From Candidatus Altimarinota bacterium (GTDB lineage Bacteria; Patescibacteriota; Gracilibacteria; UBA1369; GCA-2718715): a DNA stretch of 64,000 bases. The position numbers and the translations under genes were made by a program. Positions 30,794 to 45,339 of this stretch are shown piece by piece. The stretch spans positions 608,001-672,000 of the forward strand of contig JBESAV010000001.1 of the NCBI GenBank assembly GCA_041242255.1, read 5' to 3'. The first letter of the stretch is position 1; each line of letters begins with the position of its first letter. The notes under the pieces are model-generated. The model worked only from the letters and a program-made list of their open reading frames with translations, searched no databases and had not been told where the DNA came from.

Positions 30794-31372
30794 CTACTTC
30801 ACCGCCAAAGTCTTCAAAGCTTCCACCATTTCAGCAGATTGAGCCTCAGTATCAAGCTCATCAAAAGCTCCAGTTGCTAGCCAAGCTTCATTTTCAGCTA
30901 CCACCAAAGCTTGCAAGTAAACTAACACATCTCCTTCTAGTTTTCTTTTTCCAGTAAACTCTACCAACAATCCATTACTAACACTTCCATTTGCTACAGT
31001 AGTAAATCTTTCTCGACCAACTTCTTCAGCAATCAGCAGGGATTCTTCGTTATCTTCCCAAACCGACTCATATGTTTTTTCTAGGCCGCTACTCTCATCA
31101 ACTGAAAAACTCTCCACTACTATATTAGGTGTAAAAAAAGCATCCTTATCATCTTGAACTAAAACAAGCTTAGCACTGCTTTTGTATCTTTCCTGAACCA
31201 GCTCTCCATCCAGCAGGTCCCAATTTTTTGGATATTGCATCCTAAACTCTTCAGTATCATACAAATCATAACTCTCAATAGGTAACTCATTATAGCTTAC
31301 CAATGCCTCATCCGCTCCACCACATCCACTCAGAAAAACCACGCCTACTAATAAAGTCAAAAATTTTCTCAT
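30794..31372 (-). CDS. PsbP/DcrB-like lipoprotein
   Basis: LSGC lipobox; FRMQYPKNW, FTPNIVV. Confidence 0.75.
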   Translation of the reverse strand: MRKFLTLLVGVVFLSGCGGADEALVSYNELPIESYDLYDTEEFRMQYPKNWDLLDGELVQERYKSSAKLVLVQDDKDAFFTPNIVVESFSVDESSGLEKTYESVWEDNEESLLIAEEVGRERFTTVANGSVSNGLLVEFTGKRKLEGDVLVYLQALVVAENEAWLATGAFDELDTEAQSAEMVEALKTLAVK

Positions 31373-31442
31373 TTCATAACATTAAAACACTCATATTATA
31401 CATGAGTAATACTCAATTTACAGAAAATCAAAGGCTCAACCT

Positions 31443-31604
31443 CTAAGCCAAACCTTTGATTCTATCCATCAAGTTTTCCGCTTGGTCATAGTCTTCACCT
31501 GCAACCGCCTCATTGTATTGTGCTCCAAGTAAAGAACTCTGAAAATTTTTATTGAGTTCGAAGTTATTATCACCCTCGAACACTATTCTGAAGTAAATAT
31601 CCAT
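31443..31604 (-). CDS. 53-aa UVR (UvrB/UvrC motif) microprotein
   Basis: MDIYFRIVFEGDNNFELNKNFQSSLLGAQYNEAVAGEDYDQAENLMDRIKGLA; AVxxEDYxxAxxLxDRI motif; own promoter. Confidence 0.7.
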   Translation of the reverse strand: MDIYFRIVFEGDNNFELNKNFQSSLLGAQYNEAVAGEDYDQAENLMDRIKGLA

Positions 31605-31618
31605 AAGGTAATATTAAA

Positions 31619-31659
31619 TTAGCACTCCAGATTATAGAGTGCTAATTTGAATTCGTCAA
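31619..31659 (-). promoter_or_regulatory. Perfect CIRCE (31619-31645) overlapping a sigma70 promoter
   Basis: TTAGCACTC-N9-GAGTGCTAA; minus-strand TTGACG-17-TATAAT with the -10 inside the CIRCE spacer. Confidence 0.93.
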
Positions 31660-31669
31660 TATTTTAACT

Positions 31670-32335
31670 CTATCTACTTTCAATTATCTTATCTACCAAA
31701 CCATACTTTTTAGCAGCTTCAGCTGGCATGAAGTTATCTCTATCTGTGTCTTTCTCAACTTGAGAAATCTTCTGACCAGTGTGCTTAGCAATAATCCCAT
31801 TCAATCTATCTCTAGTCTTAAGAATGTGCTCAGCATGGATAGATATATCAGATGCTTGACCCTGAGCTCCACCAAGAGGTTGATGGATCATTACTTCAGC
31901 GTTTGGTAAGCAGTACCTCTTTCCGGCAGCACCACCACATAGAAGTACAGCTCCCATAGAAGCTGCAATCCCCATACAAACTGTAACTACATCGGGTTTA
32001 ATCAATTGCATAGTATCATATATAGCCAACCCAGCAGTCACATGCCCACCCGGACTTTGTATATACATAGTTATATCTTTCTCAGGATCTTCTTGTTCCA
32101 AAAATAAAAGCTGCGAAACAATACTATTAGCAACTTGATCATTTATTCCACTTCCCAAAACAATAATTCTATCTTTTAAAAGTCTTGAATATATATCGTA
32201 TGCCCTCTCTCCATTTGCACTCTTTTCAATAACCATTGGAGTCAGAACAGTATTTGTCACCGGATTAGCACTTCCATGACCACTATCATTCATAGAAAAT
32301 CCACTCCCATTATTATGTACAGATGTTAGTACCAT
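31670..32335 (-). CDS. clpP: ATP-dependent Clp protease proteolytic subunit
   Basis: [22 protein letters not shown] (Ser), MIHQP (His), DTDRD (Asp); start uncertain. Confidence 0.97.
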   Translation of the reverse strand: MVLTSVHNNGSGFSMNDSGHGSANPVTNTVLTPMVIEKSANGERAYDIYSRLLKDRIIVLGSGINDQVANSIVSQLLFLEQEDPEKDITMYIQSPGGHVTAGLAIYDTMQLIKPDVVTVCMGIAASMGAVLLCGGAAGKRYCLPNAEVMIHQPLGGAQGQASDISIHAEHILKTRDRLNGIIAKHTGQKISQVEKDTDRDNFMPAEAAKKYGLVDKIIESR

Positions 32336-32462
32336 ATTTTGTTCATTTAAATCTAACAACAAACATTATAATTCCCATATCTAAAAAAGCCAGCCATCCC
32401 ACATTTTTAAGAAACTTAAAGAATTACTTTCATGATCCTAAAGCCAAAACCCAACTTTAATA

Positions 32463-32561
32463 AAAAAAGTCACAAAAAAGGTTTGACTTAACAACTCCTC
32501 TGAGTATAATGCCTATGCTTTCAAACAACAGAGAGACGGAAGGAAGCCAAGATCATTAACA
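32463..32561 (+). promoter_or_regulatory. 16S rRNA promoter/leader (copy 1 of duplicated rrn promoter)
   Basis: A-rich UP element, TTGACT-16-TATAAT, boxA-like GATCATTAACA; near-identical to 36179-36277. Confidence 0.9.
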
Positions 32562-32654
32562 GTTAGTTCACAACAGAGAATTAATCTTGATTGTATTTTA
32601 AAAACAATTGAACATTTATAGTTCAGGATTTTAAGCATTATGCTTAGAACTTTT

Positions 32655-34136
<1,482 letters not shown>

Positions 34137-34253
34137 TATAGGAGATGCCACACTCTAGTAATAGAAGTGTCAGGTATGATTGAACGGTAGACTTCATGTC
34201 TACGAGACATTCAAGTAATTATTTCTCTGTTGTGCACTGATTGTTAAAACATT

Positions 34254-34281
34254 AAAACTACCCTAATAGGTAGTTTTTTTT
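34254..34281 (+). terminator. Intrinsic terminator after 16S rRNA
   Basis: AAAACTACC-CTAATA-GGTAGTTTTTTTT. Confidence 0.8.
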
Positions 34282-34320
34282 GTGTTTTATGTTATAATTA
34301 TAAGATTTAAATAAATCTTC

Positions 34321-35151
34321 ATGGTTATGATGCCATCATATAGTGATTTCGAAAGCAATGAAGGAGCTAACCTAAGTCTAGATAACCAAAGTCTTGAGCC
34401 AGGAACAGAACTTCTAGATCAAGCAGATATTAATTTTCTGATGGAAGAGATAGTATCAGTATTAGACGATCCAAAGATAAATAGCCAAGCAATATTCTTA
34501 AACAACACCCCTCAAACAAAAGGTGAACTATATGAGTACACTGAAACTATATATGGTATTGCTCAGCAAGCATTAATAAATGATTCTGACCTACTAGGAA
34601 ACGCTCAGCTTTTTAGTCTTTTAGATAAATGTACTCAGATGCTTAAGCAAAATCTACCAGAATCAGAGCACAAAAACTATCAGACTGCACTTGTTGAATC
34701 TTATATGATAGGACTCCAGGCGGGATTATTTCTAGAGGAATCTACAGATACAAACCAGACTGAAGAATCACTAGATTTTCAAGATCATTTTTTCTCTCCT
34801 GAAGAAGTAGTTAGGGCTATGCAAATGTATGAAAGTTTTGGTCTAAAAAGAGATGGTGCAATCATCGATAGTATTAATGAGATTAATGTAATTGGGGCTA
34901 ATGAGTTAAGAACACTAGGCGAAACAATTTATAAATCGTATTCCACTGCACTAGAAAGAGGTTACCGTCCAACTCCGCTAGACTACGAACTACTATCCGG
35001 GATATCAAAAAACCTCAATATACTATCGAGGTCTAATAATTATAACTATGCTAATGATATTCTAATTCAAGCTGAGCTTGGTGGAATAGCAGAGCAGACT
35101 AGTAAAGCTACAGCTAAGGTACTAAACCAAGATGCTAACTCTTCTTCCTAA
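34321..35151 (+). CDS. Acidic hypothetical protein between 16S and 23S genes
   Basis: 276-aa ORF with TGtTATAAT extended -10 upstream. Confidence 0.75.
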   Translation: MVMMPSYSDFESNEGANLSLDNQSLEPGTELLDQADINFLMEEIVSVLDDPKINSQAIFLNNTPQTKGELYEYTETIYGIAQQALINDSDLLGNAQLFSLLDKCTQMLKQNLPESEHKNYQTALVESYMIGLQAGLFLEESTDTNQTEESLDFQDHFFSPEEVVRAMQMYESFGLKRDGAIIDSINEINVIGANELRTLGETIYKSYSTALERGYRPTPLDYELLSGISKNLNILSRSNNYNYANDILIQAELGGIAEQTSKATAKVLNQDANSSS

Positions 35152-35536
35152 AGATTTCATTATAAAAATCAACTGAATTAGCTTTGAAGATAAGTCTCCA
35201 AGTAAAGAAAACTAAGACAAAAGTTATAAGAATAAATGCTTTTTTGATAGGTAAAAATATAGCTAGTATAGGATAACTATATCCACAGAAAGCACAGAAG
35301 ATAAACACCCCTATTAAACTCATATAAGCCTCAGATACCTCATCTTTTTCTGCTTTATCTTTATTATACCTTTTATAGGCTTGGTAATTTCTCCGAGCAA
35401 ACTCAAAGTATCCAAGTATTACAGTAGTATTTGCTAAAACCATCAAGCCAACCCAAAACCAGTCATTTTGCATACAATCAATAAGAGTCATATACATGCC
35501 TTCAGGCCCAGTCATCATCCATTCAATAATACCCAT
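35135..35536 (-). CDS. Small 3-TM membrane protein resembling a sensor (ethylene-receptor-like) TM domain
   Basis: N..VILGYF in TM1, VFIFCAFCG in TM2. Confidence 0.55.
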   Translation of the reverse strand: MGIIEWMMTGPEGMYMTLIDCMQNDWFWVGLMVLANTTVILGYFEFARRNYQAYKRYNKDKAEKDEVSEAYMSLIGVFIFCAFCGYSYPILAIFLPIKKAFILITFVLVFFTWRLIFKANSVDFYNEIFRKKS

Positions 35537-35649
35537 TAATAAATATTAAATTATTCCTAAAATTTATAACTCAAAAACTCTAATCCACAAAGGATTTAAA
35601 GCCTCAATAAAGTCAATAGCCTATACAAAAAACACCACTATTTTATAAG

Positions 35650-35727
35650 TGGTGGGCGATGGAAGACTTGAACTTCCGACCTCTACATTATCAGTGTAGC
35701 GCTCTAACCAGGCTGAGCTAATCGCCC
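35650..35727 (-). tRNA. tRNA-Ile(GAT)
   Basis: Cloverleaf, anticodon GAT, CCA end. Confidence 0.97.
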
Positions 35728-35752
35728 ATGCTTAATCATCAGAATATAAAAG

Positions 35753-35829
35753 TGGTGGAGCATAACGGAGTCGAACCGTTGACCTCCTGCGTGCAAAGCA
35801 GGCGCTCTAGCCAGCTGAGCTAATGCCCC
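35753..35829 (-). tRNA. tRNA-Ala(TGC)
   Basis: Cloverleaf, anticodon TGC, G3:U70, CCA end. Confidence 0.97.
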
Positions 35830-35946
35830 ACAAATCGGTCTTTAATGATCAAAGCACGGTCATCTTACCAATAATCTTTTAAACTGCAAGTAAATTTTCA
35901 TAAAAATTACATATATAATGAACCTATAATATTTCACATAACAGTA

Positions 35947-36180
35947 ATGAGAATTTTACTATCTATATTAGGTATCATATCTGGTCTTTTAATAATTAAA
36001 TATAGAGAACCTATATATAGATTCACTGGAAAGTTTGGTTTTGCAGAGAAATATTTTGGGAGCGGAGGCACTCTTTCCTTCTATCTAATATTCGGATCTT
36101 TTTTAGTCATTTTATCTATAGTTTATGGCTCAGGATTTCTAGAAAATATAATCAGTAAGCTCTTTTCTAGGTTTTTCTAA
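35947..36180 (+). CDS. Small 2-TM membrane protein
   Basis: 77 aa, two hydrophobic helices flanking FTGKFGFAEKYFGSGGT. Confidence 0.75.
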   Translation: MRILLSILGIISGLLIIKYREPIYRFTGKFGFAEKYFGSGGTLSFYLIFGSFLVILSIVYGSGFLENIISKLFSRFF

Positions 36181-36277
36181 AAAAGTCACAAAAAAGGTTT
36201 GACTTACTCTTTCGCCTGAGTATAATGCCTATGCTTTCAAACAACAGAGAGACGGAAGGAAGCCAAGATCATTGACA
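36179..36277 (+). promoter_or_regulatory. 23S-5S rRNA promoter/leader (copy 2 of duplicated rrn promoter)
   Basis: TTGACT-16-TATAAT, boxA-like GATCATTGACA; 28-bp and 58-bp blocks identical to the 16S promoter. Confidence 0.9.
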
Positions 36278-36379
36278 GAAAGATGTGAAAAGTAATTTTA
36301 CTGAAATAACGATAGTAATGATAATTAAAAGACACCAAAAACAAGTACTTGTTGAAACAAGTGCTGGTTAAAACTGTAA

Positions 36380-39333
<2,954 letters not shown>

Positions 39334-39479
39334 ACAGAAACCTCAGCTCAGAGATTTACTTATAAGATCTTGTAGGTAAAAACTTTGTGCTGACATTTAA
39401 CCAGCTCTTGTCTTAACAAGTTGAGTTAAAAACTATTACTTTTCACAATCTTTCTTCAATACTAAGAAGAGAGATTTTA

Positions 39480-39588
39480 CCTTGGTGCTTATAGATGGTG
39501 GGGTACACCTGTTCCCATTTCGAACACAGAAGTTAAGCCACTATTCGCCGATGATACTGTTCAACGGTAAAGTAGGGCGGCGCCAAGG
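39480..39588 (+). rRNA. rrf: 5S rRNA (short)
   Basis: CACCTGTTCCCATTTCGAACACAGAAGTTAAGC, AAGTAGG; terminal CCTTGGTG/CGCCAAGG stem. Confidence 0.95.
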
Positions 39589-39659
39589 TAAAGTCTCTCT
39601 TTTTTATTTACAAAAAATACATAATTCTTAATAATAAATTTATATTAAGAATTTTTTTT

Positions 39660-39836
39660 ATGTCTGAGAAATTACCAGAATCAACGAGTACCGATAAGAA
39701 TACTGAGAAGAAAGATGTTAATAAAAAAAGACCAGAAGATTTAAGAAGATCTTTTAGAGAAGCTTTTGGCAGTCTAATAGATAAAGTAAATATTCCTAAA
39801 GACTCAGAAAATAACTCACTTAGCGAAGAAGAGTAA
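39660..39836 (+). CDS. Possible 58-aa charged hypothetical protein
   Basis: ATG...TAA ORF below the track cut-off filling the gap after 5S. Confidence 0.4.
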   Translation: MSEKLPESTSTDKNTEKKDVNKKRPEDLRRSFREAFGSLIDKVNIPKDSENNSLSEEE

Positions 39837-40553
39837 AAACTTCTTATTTAGCTCTACTAGCATTTTCATAAACATTACATAGACATACACCCTTTCATAT
39901 AGGTATTCAGATTCAATACCCTCATAGTCCTCAAAATGGGGTTCAACAGCAATTCTAGCATTTATAATAAGAAATCTAGTAATTCTTTTATAGTGTGATA
40001 GCACAAAATCTAACTCAATAGAATTAGGATTTTCGATATATTGCTTCGTTACCCTTTCCACAAGGATATACAAAGTCTCAAGTTCTTTTAAGTGACGAAA
40101 TTCTCTTCTCTTAATAAATTCACCTATTTTGTTTGCATGGCTTTGAGACATATTAAACACATCACTATCCAATAGATTAGCTATTGCAGGTCTAGTTGAT
40201 CTCAAGTTAGGAGAGTAAGACAACAAATCTTCAATACCTTTATCCTTGAACTCGTCTATAACCTCTTTAAAGCAATGCTTTATCTCTATAATTTCTGGAT
40301 TTAATCCTACATAGTCTAAATCATCCTTAATTTTAGAACCTGGTTTAGTATCAAGTATAGAATCTTCAATACCATTGAGTACTTCAATAAAACTATAAAA
40401 AAGATCAACATCTGTATCCTCTTCTAGAGTTTCTTGTTCAGCCTTATGGAACTCTTCAAGGTACATTCTCATCTTAGGTTCATGCTCAAACAAAAAATTT
40501 CTCATCTCAACAATCCTTTCTTGAAGCTTATTACCTTCTTTTATTCTTTCCAT
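39816..40553 (-). CDS. Hypothetical helical protein
   Basis: 245-aa ORF 2 bp downstream of the TraC-like gene. Confidence 0.7.
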   Translation of the reverse strand: MERIKEGNKLQERIVEMRNFLFEHEPKMRMYLEEFHKAEQETLEEDTDVDLFYSFIEVLNGIEDSILDTKPGSKIKDDLDYVGLNPEIIEIKHCFKEVIDEFKDKGIEDLLSYSPNLRSTRPAIANLLDSDVFNMSQSHANKIGEFIKRREFRHLKELETLYILVERVTKQYIENPNSIELDFVLSHYKRITRFLIINARIAVEPHFEDYEGIESEYLYERVYVYVMFMKMLVELNKKFLLFFAK

Positions 40554-40555
40554 TT

Positions 40556-41245
40556 CTACAGATTTACATCTTGATTTCTTGAAACCTCAGGGTTGTATGA
40601 AGAGTAATAAAGCTTAACCAATTCAAGAGTGTTAAGTCTCTTAATTTTCAAACCACAATTCTCAAGTCCAGATTCAATCGTACTAACTCTTGAATCAAGG
40701 CCTTTTTTCAATCTACTAAAATTTTTCTTCTTATAAACATAATCTGAATAAGATTCTTTACCTTTCATCCGATCCAAGAATTTACCTAGTAGCGAGCTTT
40801 TTTTCTTCACCAAGGCTTCATATGGCACTACTACATAAAATTTCTTTTCCATAATATCAGCATATTCAAGCAACCTTTTAATGTAATCAACATACTCCAA
40901 AGTCTGCTGCTTCAAAAGTTCATTAGTTTGATCATTAGACTTAGCAGATAAACTATTCAAATAAGTATCAAGCTCCAGCTTTCTAGACTGAATAACTATC
41001 TGAACTGGATGCTCTAGAGTATTTAGAAAAGATTGATAAGAGCTTATAATCGCAGTTTGCTCAGCTTCTGATTTTAGATTGAAATTAACAGCACTCACCT
41101 CAAGTACAGCCCTAACACCACCATTCTTCAATATAACAGTGTCATTTGTAATCTCAGATATTCTTAAGTGTCTCTGAGTTGATGAGTTAGCAGCATTTTT
41201 TGCTGATTTAACTTTGGCTTTCTTTTCATTCAGAATGGTATTCAT
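40556..41245 (-). CDS. TraC/VirB4 N-terminal-like protein (T4SS-like system)
   Basis: STQxHL.I.EI..D.VILKNG..RAVL.V..VNF.LKS.EQ...I..Y..FLN.L..P.QI; follows PrgI-like gene. Confidence 0.75.
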   Translation of the reverse strand: MNTILNEKKAKVKSAKNAANSSTQRHLRISEITNDTVILKNGGVRAVLEVSAVNFNLKSEAEQTAIISSYQSFLNTLEHPVQIVIQSRKLELDTYLNSLSAKSNDQTNELLKQQTLEYVDYIKRLLEYADIMEKKFYVVVPYEALVKKKSSLLGKFLDRMKGKESYSDYVYKKKNFSRLKKGLDSRVSTIESGLENCGLKIKRLNTLELVKLYYSSYNPEVSRNQDVNL

Positions 41246-41248
41246 ATT

Positions 41249-41668
41249 TTATAAGTCTAATTTTTTACTAATTTCCTCCAACTCTTCTCGGTTAGTTTTT
41301 TTTGGTTCTAAATTAATTTTATCAGATATTCCTACTTCTGGAACCTTGTTAAACACTGACAAGAAAAATTCATCTTTTTCTTTGAACCAATTTCTTTTTT
41401 TAGGCTTGAAAACGTATTCTAACATGTAAAAAAAGAACACATAGAACTTCATATCGAAAATCTTCACAAACGCCACTGTCAGCGTTATACCAGCCATTAC
41501 AGCAACCACTGGCCCCCACACCGCAATTCCTATGCCTTGGCTAGCAAAAAACAAGTATGCGACATAAGTTAGACCTCCACCAATCAAACTTATCGCAAGC
41601 TGCATAAAGGTGACAGGACCAACAATAGTATCCTCCCTTTGAACATTTTGTGGAATTTGATATCTCAT
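41249..41668 (-). CDS. PrgI family protein
   Basis: YQIPQNV..ED.IVGP.T..Q, two TM helices, PKKR.W. Confidence 0.85.
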   Translation of the reverse strand: MRYQIPQNVQREDTIVGPVTFMQLAISLIGGGLTYVAYLFFASQGIGIAVWGPVVAVMAGITLTVAFVKIFDMKFYVFFFYMLEYVFKPKKRNWFKEKDEFFLSVFNKVPEVGISDKINLEPKKTNREELEEISKKLDL

Positions 41669-41786
41669 ACATTGAATTAATCATATAATTATACCAGAAA
41701 ATAAGCATTGAAGCAAAACCCATACTAGCTTGAAGCAATAGACTTTTTCCCATTAATTCATTACATTACAGAAAAATAAACTTTAT

Positions 41787-43601
41787 ATGACAAAAAATAT
41801 TAGAAATTTCTCCATCATTGCACATATTGACCATGGGAAATCAACACTTGCAGATCGTATGCTTGAAATGACAAGCACTCTAAATCAACATCAAATGAAG
41901 CATGATCAAATGCTTGATACTATGGATTTAGAGCAAGAAAGAGGAATTACCATCAAACTTCAGCCGGTTCGCATGAAGCACAAAAAAGATGGGCAAGAGT
42001 ATATTTTGAATCTTATTGATACTCCAGGTCATGTGGATTTTGCATATGAAGTATCTAGAAGTTTAGCCGCCTGTGAAGGAGCAATCCTAGTAGTTGACGC
42101 CAGTCAAGGAATAGAAGCCCAAACTTTGGCTAATACATACATGGCCTTAGAGCATGATCTAGAAATCATACCAGTCCTAAACAAAATAGATCTTCCTCAG
42201 GCAAACCCAGAAAAAGTTGCCCAAGAAATCTCCGATGTTCTTGGGATTGATACATCTGAAATATTGTCAATTTCTGCCAAAAACGGAACAAACGTAGACA
42301 AGTTACTTGACCAAATCATTGAAAAAGTTCCAGCTCCAAATCATACTGAAAGCCCAGAGAGTAAAGCTTTAGTCTTTGATTCAGTTTACGATCCATACAA
42401 AGGAGTAGTAACCTTTGTAAGGGTAGTTCAAGGAGAAATAGCCAAAAAAGATAAAGTAACACTTTTAAATACAAGAAATGATTTCGAAGTTCTAGAGGTT
42501 GGTTACTTTAGCCCATCATACTTAGAGTCAAAGTCCTTGAAAGAAGGTGAAGTTGGATATATTGTTACTGGGTTTAAATCAGTTGGTGAGGCCAGAGTAG
42601 GGGACACCATCTGGAAAACAACCGACAAAAAGTCTGCTCCTCTTGAGGAAGCTAAACCTCTTCCAGGTTATGAAAAAGTTAATCCATTTGTATTCGCAAG
42701 TATATATTGTACTGACTCAAGCGATTATCCATTACTTAGAGATGCCTTAGATAAACTAAGCCTTAACGACTCAGCCGTAACTTTTGAACCAGAAAGGTCT
42801 GGTGCACTAGGAAACGGATTCAGGTGCGGGTTCTTAGGGTTACTTCATTTGGATATCGTTCAAGAAAGGTTAGAACGAGAGTATGACCTAGATCTAGTTG
42901 TGACAGCTCCATCCGTTTCGTATTACGTAAACAAAAATGATGGTGAAAAAATCCTAGTATCAAACCCTTCCCAACTACCAGATCCAGCTTATATAGATAG
43001 TTTAGAGGAGCCTTGGGTTAAGACAGAAATTATGGTTCCATCAGAGTACATTGGACCAGTCATGACCCTTTGCCAAGATAAGCGAGGTGTGAGTAAAGGA
43101 ATGGATTATCTAAATAACGACAGAGTAATCATCAAACATGAGCTACCTTTAGCTAGTTTAGTATTAGACTTTTACGATAGGTTAAAAAGCTCTACTTCAG
43201 GTTATGCTTCACTAAGTTACGAGTTCATGGAATACAGACAAGGTGATCTAGTTAAGCTAGACATATTAGTAAACAAAGAAACTGTTGATGCACTTGCCAA
43301 CATTGTTCACAGATCTGAAAGTCAAACTTTAGGTAAAACCATTGCAAAAAGACTTAAAAAACTAATACCAAGAGCACAGTTTGAAATACCAATTCAAGCT
43401 TCAATTGGCTCACACGTTATCGCAAGGGAAACTATTCCTGCTTTCCGTAAAGATGTAACTGCCAAGTTATATGGAGGTGATGTTACTCGTAAAAACAAAC
43501 TATTGAAAAAGCAGAAAGAAGGTAAAAAGAGAATGAAACAAGTTGGAAGTGTAAACATACCGCAAAAAGCCTTCCTAGCAGTTCTACAAAAAGATGATTA
43601 A
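41787..43601 (+). CDS. lepA: Elongation factor 4
   Basis: [38 protein letters not shown]. Confidence 0.98.
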   Translation: MTKNIRNFSIIAHIDHGKSTLADRMLEMTSTLNQHQMKHDQMLDTMDLEQERGITIKLQPVRMKHKKDGQEYILNLIDTPGHVDFAYEVSRSLAACEGAILVVDASQGIEAQTLANTYMALEHDLEIIPVLNKIDLPQANPEKVAQEISDVLGIDTSEILSISAKNGTNVDKLLDQIIEKVPAPNHTESPESKALVFDSVYDPYKGVVTFVRVVQGEIAKKDKVTLLNTRNDFEVLEVGYFSPSYLESKSLKEGEVGYIVTGFKSVGEARVGDTIWKTTDKKSAPLEEAKPLPGYEKVNPFVFASIYCTDSSDYPLLRDALDKLSLNDSAVTFEPERSGALGNGFRCGFLGLLHLDIVQERLEREYDLDLVVTAPSVSYYVNKNDGEKILVSNPSQLPDPAYIDSLEEPWVKTEIMVPSEYIGPVMTLCQDKRGVSKGMDYLNNDRVIIKHELPLASLVLDFYDRLKSSTSGYASLSYEFMEYRQGDLVKLDILVNKETVDALANIVHRSESQTLGKTIAKRLKKLIPRAQFEIPIQASIGSHVIARETIPAFRKDVTAKLYGGDVTRKNKLLKKQKEGKKRMKQVGSVNIPQKAFLAVLQKDD

Positions 43602-44317
43602 GCCTTAGTATCTAAGAGCTTTTTCACATACTGCATTTCTTCGGTAGAAAGCTCTTTGTATTGACCAGGTTCAAGATCACCTATAGAAATTTCCCCAGCT
43701 CTTATCCTTTTTAGCTTATGTATCTTAATATCAAGCATTCTACACATCCTACGGATCTGTCTGTTTCTACCTTCTTTTAGAATTATCCCAAATTTCCTAG
43801 ATGAAATTCTATATACCTCAGCTGGACGAGTTGTATATCCATCTAAACGGAATTCATCACTTAGATCTTCCAACTCATAATCTTTAATAGGTCTAGCGGC
43901 TGTAACTTCATATTCTTTTTCTTTTTCAAACTTAGGATGAGTCATCTTATAAACAAGACGTCCATCATTTGTCATTAAAAGTAGTCCTTCTGACATTTTA
44001 TCAAGTCTCCCAACATAAGTAACACCATCAGGTATACCTTCAAGAACTTCGTAAATAGTACCTTTTACTTCATCTTTGATAACACACTCTAGTCCAACCG
44101 GTTTATTTAACTTTATGTAGACCCTTTCATCTTTCAGTCTCTCTAAAGTTTCTTCGTTTACAACAACTTCATCACTAGCAGGATCTATTTTTACCCCCAT
44201 TTCAGTAACAACTTTTCCATTTACTTTAACACTACCATCAGCAATTAGATCATCCGCACCTCTCCTTGATGCAATTCCTCTTTGCTGTATATATTTATTT
44301 AATCTTATTAAACTCAT
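43598..44317 (-). CDS. RsuA/RluB-family pseudouridine synthase
   Basis: S4 domain (SRR.AD.LI), [15 protein letters not shown]. Confidence 0.93.
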   Translation of the reverse strand: MSLIRLNKYIQQRGIASRRGADDLIADGSVKVNGKVVTEMGVKIDPASDEVVVNEETLERLKDERVYIKLNKPVGLECVIKDEVKGTIYEVLEGIPDGVTYVGRLDKMSEGLLLMTNDGRLVYKMTHPKFEKEKEYEVTAARPIKDYELEDLSDEFRLDGYTTRPAEVYRISSRKFGIILKEGRNRQIRRMCRMLDIKIHKLKRIRAGEISIGDLEPGQYKELSTEEMQYVKKLLDTKA

Positions 44318-44427
44318 CTATCTTTTTAAATCTATGCTAAATCATAACACACTTGTAAAAACTATCAATTTATTTGGTCAAAACAAATAATGAGTATAGA
44401 TTATATAAAACATTTAACTTAAAATTT

Positions 44428-45339
44428 ATGGAATTCTTATTTGTAGGATTTATCCTATTAGTAATGTTTATCTTTAGCTTCTTCTTTATTGTAAACACAA
44501 AAGAAGCTGCAGTTATTGAAACTTTTGGTAAATTCTCAAGTATCGCTGAAGCTGGTTTAAGAGTAAAAATACCTTTAATTCAAAGAATAGCAGGGAAGTT
44601 AAATCTAAAAATCCTAGAACTACCTGTAACGGTTGAAACTAAAACCAAAGATGACGTATTTGTAAAAGTAGTTATCAGTGTACAGTACATGGTTTCACCA
44701 GGTTTAGACAACATTGAGCAAGCTTTCTATTCACTAGATAACCCTGCTCGCCAGATAACAAGTTATGTATTTGATACTGTTAGATCTGAAGTTCCTGGAC
44801 TAGAACTTGATGAGGTTTTTGAAGAAAAAGCCAGAATCGCTGTAAGTATTGAGAAAGAGCTAAACGAAGTTATGAAAGGTTATGGATACACTATTGTTAA
44901 ATCACTTGTAACAGACATCGACCCAGATCAAAAAGTTAAAAATGCAATGAATGAAATCAATGCATCTAAACGTCTCAAGGAAGCAGCACGTGAAAAAGCA
45001 GAAGCCGAAAAAATTCAAGTGGTTGCAATAGCTGAAGCTGACGCAGAAAGTAAAAGACTTCAAGGTGAAGGTATAGCCAATCAAAGAAAAGCAATCGCCA
45101 ACGGTCTTCAAGAGTCTGCCGAAGACTTACAACAGGCCATTCCTGGAAGTGACGCTATGACAGTTATGAACCTTCTAATGGTAACTCAATACTTCGACAC
45201 ACTACAGGAAATGGCTAAATCAGGAGTAAATACTGTTTTCATGCCATCTAACCCGGGTGCTATCAACAACTACAGTGATGAAATCATGAAAGCCATGATC
45301 GGAGCTGATGTACACAACACTACTCAAAAACAAAAATAA
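44428..45339 (+). CDS. SPFH/band-7 domain protein
   Basis: N-terminal TM, VETKTKD.VFV, AMNEIN, TQYFDTL; start moved to the ATG at 44428. Confidence 0.92.
   Translation: MEFLFVGFILLVMFIFSFFFIVNTKEAAVIETFGKFSSIAEAGLRVKIPLIQRIAGKLNLKILELPVTVETKTKDDVFVKVVISVQYMVSPGLDNIEQAFYSLDNPARQITSYVFDTVRSEVPGLELDEVFEEKARIAVSIEKELNEVMKGYGYTIVKSLVTDIDPDQKVKNAMNEINASKRLKEAAREKAEAEKIQVVAIAEADAESKRLQGEGIANQRKAIANGLQESAEDLQQAIPGSDAMTVMNLLMVTQYFDTLQEMAKSGVNTVFMPSNPGAINNYSDEIMKAMIGADVHNTTQKQK

Noticed and set aside
31389-31407. Inverted repeat ACTCAT-N7-ATGAGT upstream of the lipoprotein gene
   Set aside because: Short, AT-rich and single copy; cannot assign a regulator
32537-32551. CGGAAGGAAGCCAAG in both rRNA leaders resembles the SRP RNA core
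   Set aside because: The upstream pairing strand (CAGGTCC) and helix context are missing; it is part of the duplicated leader
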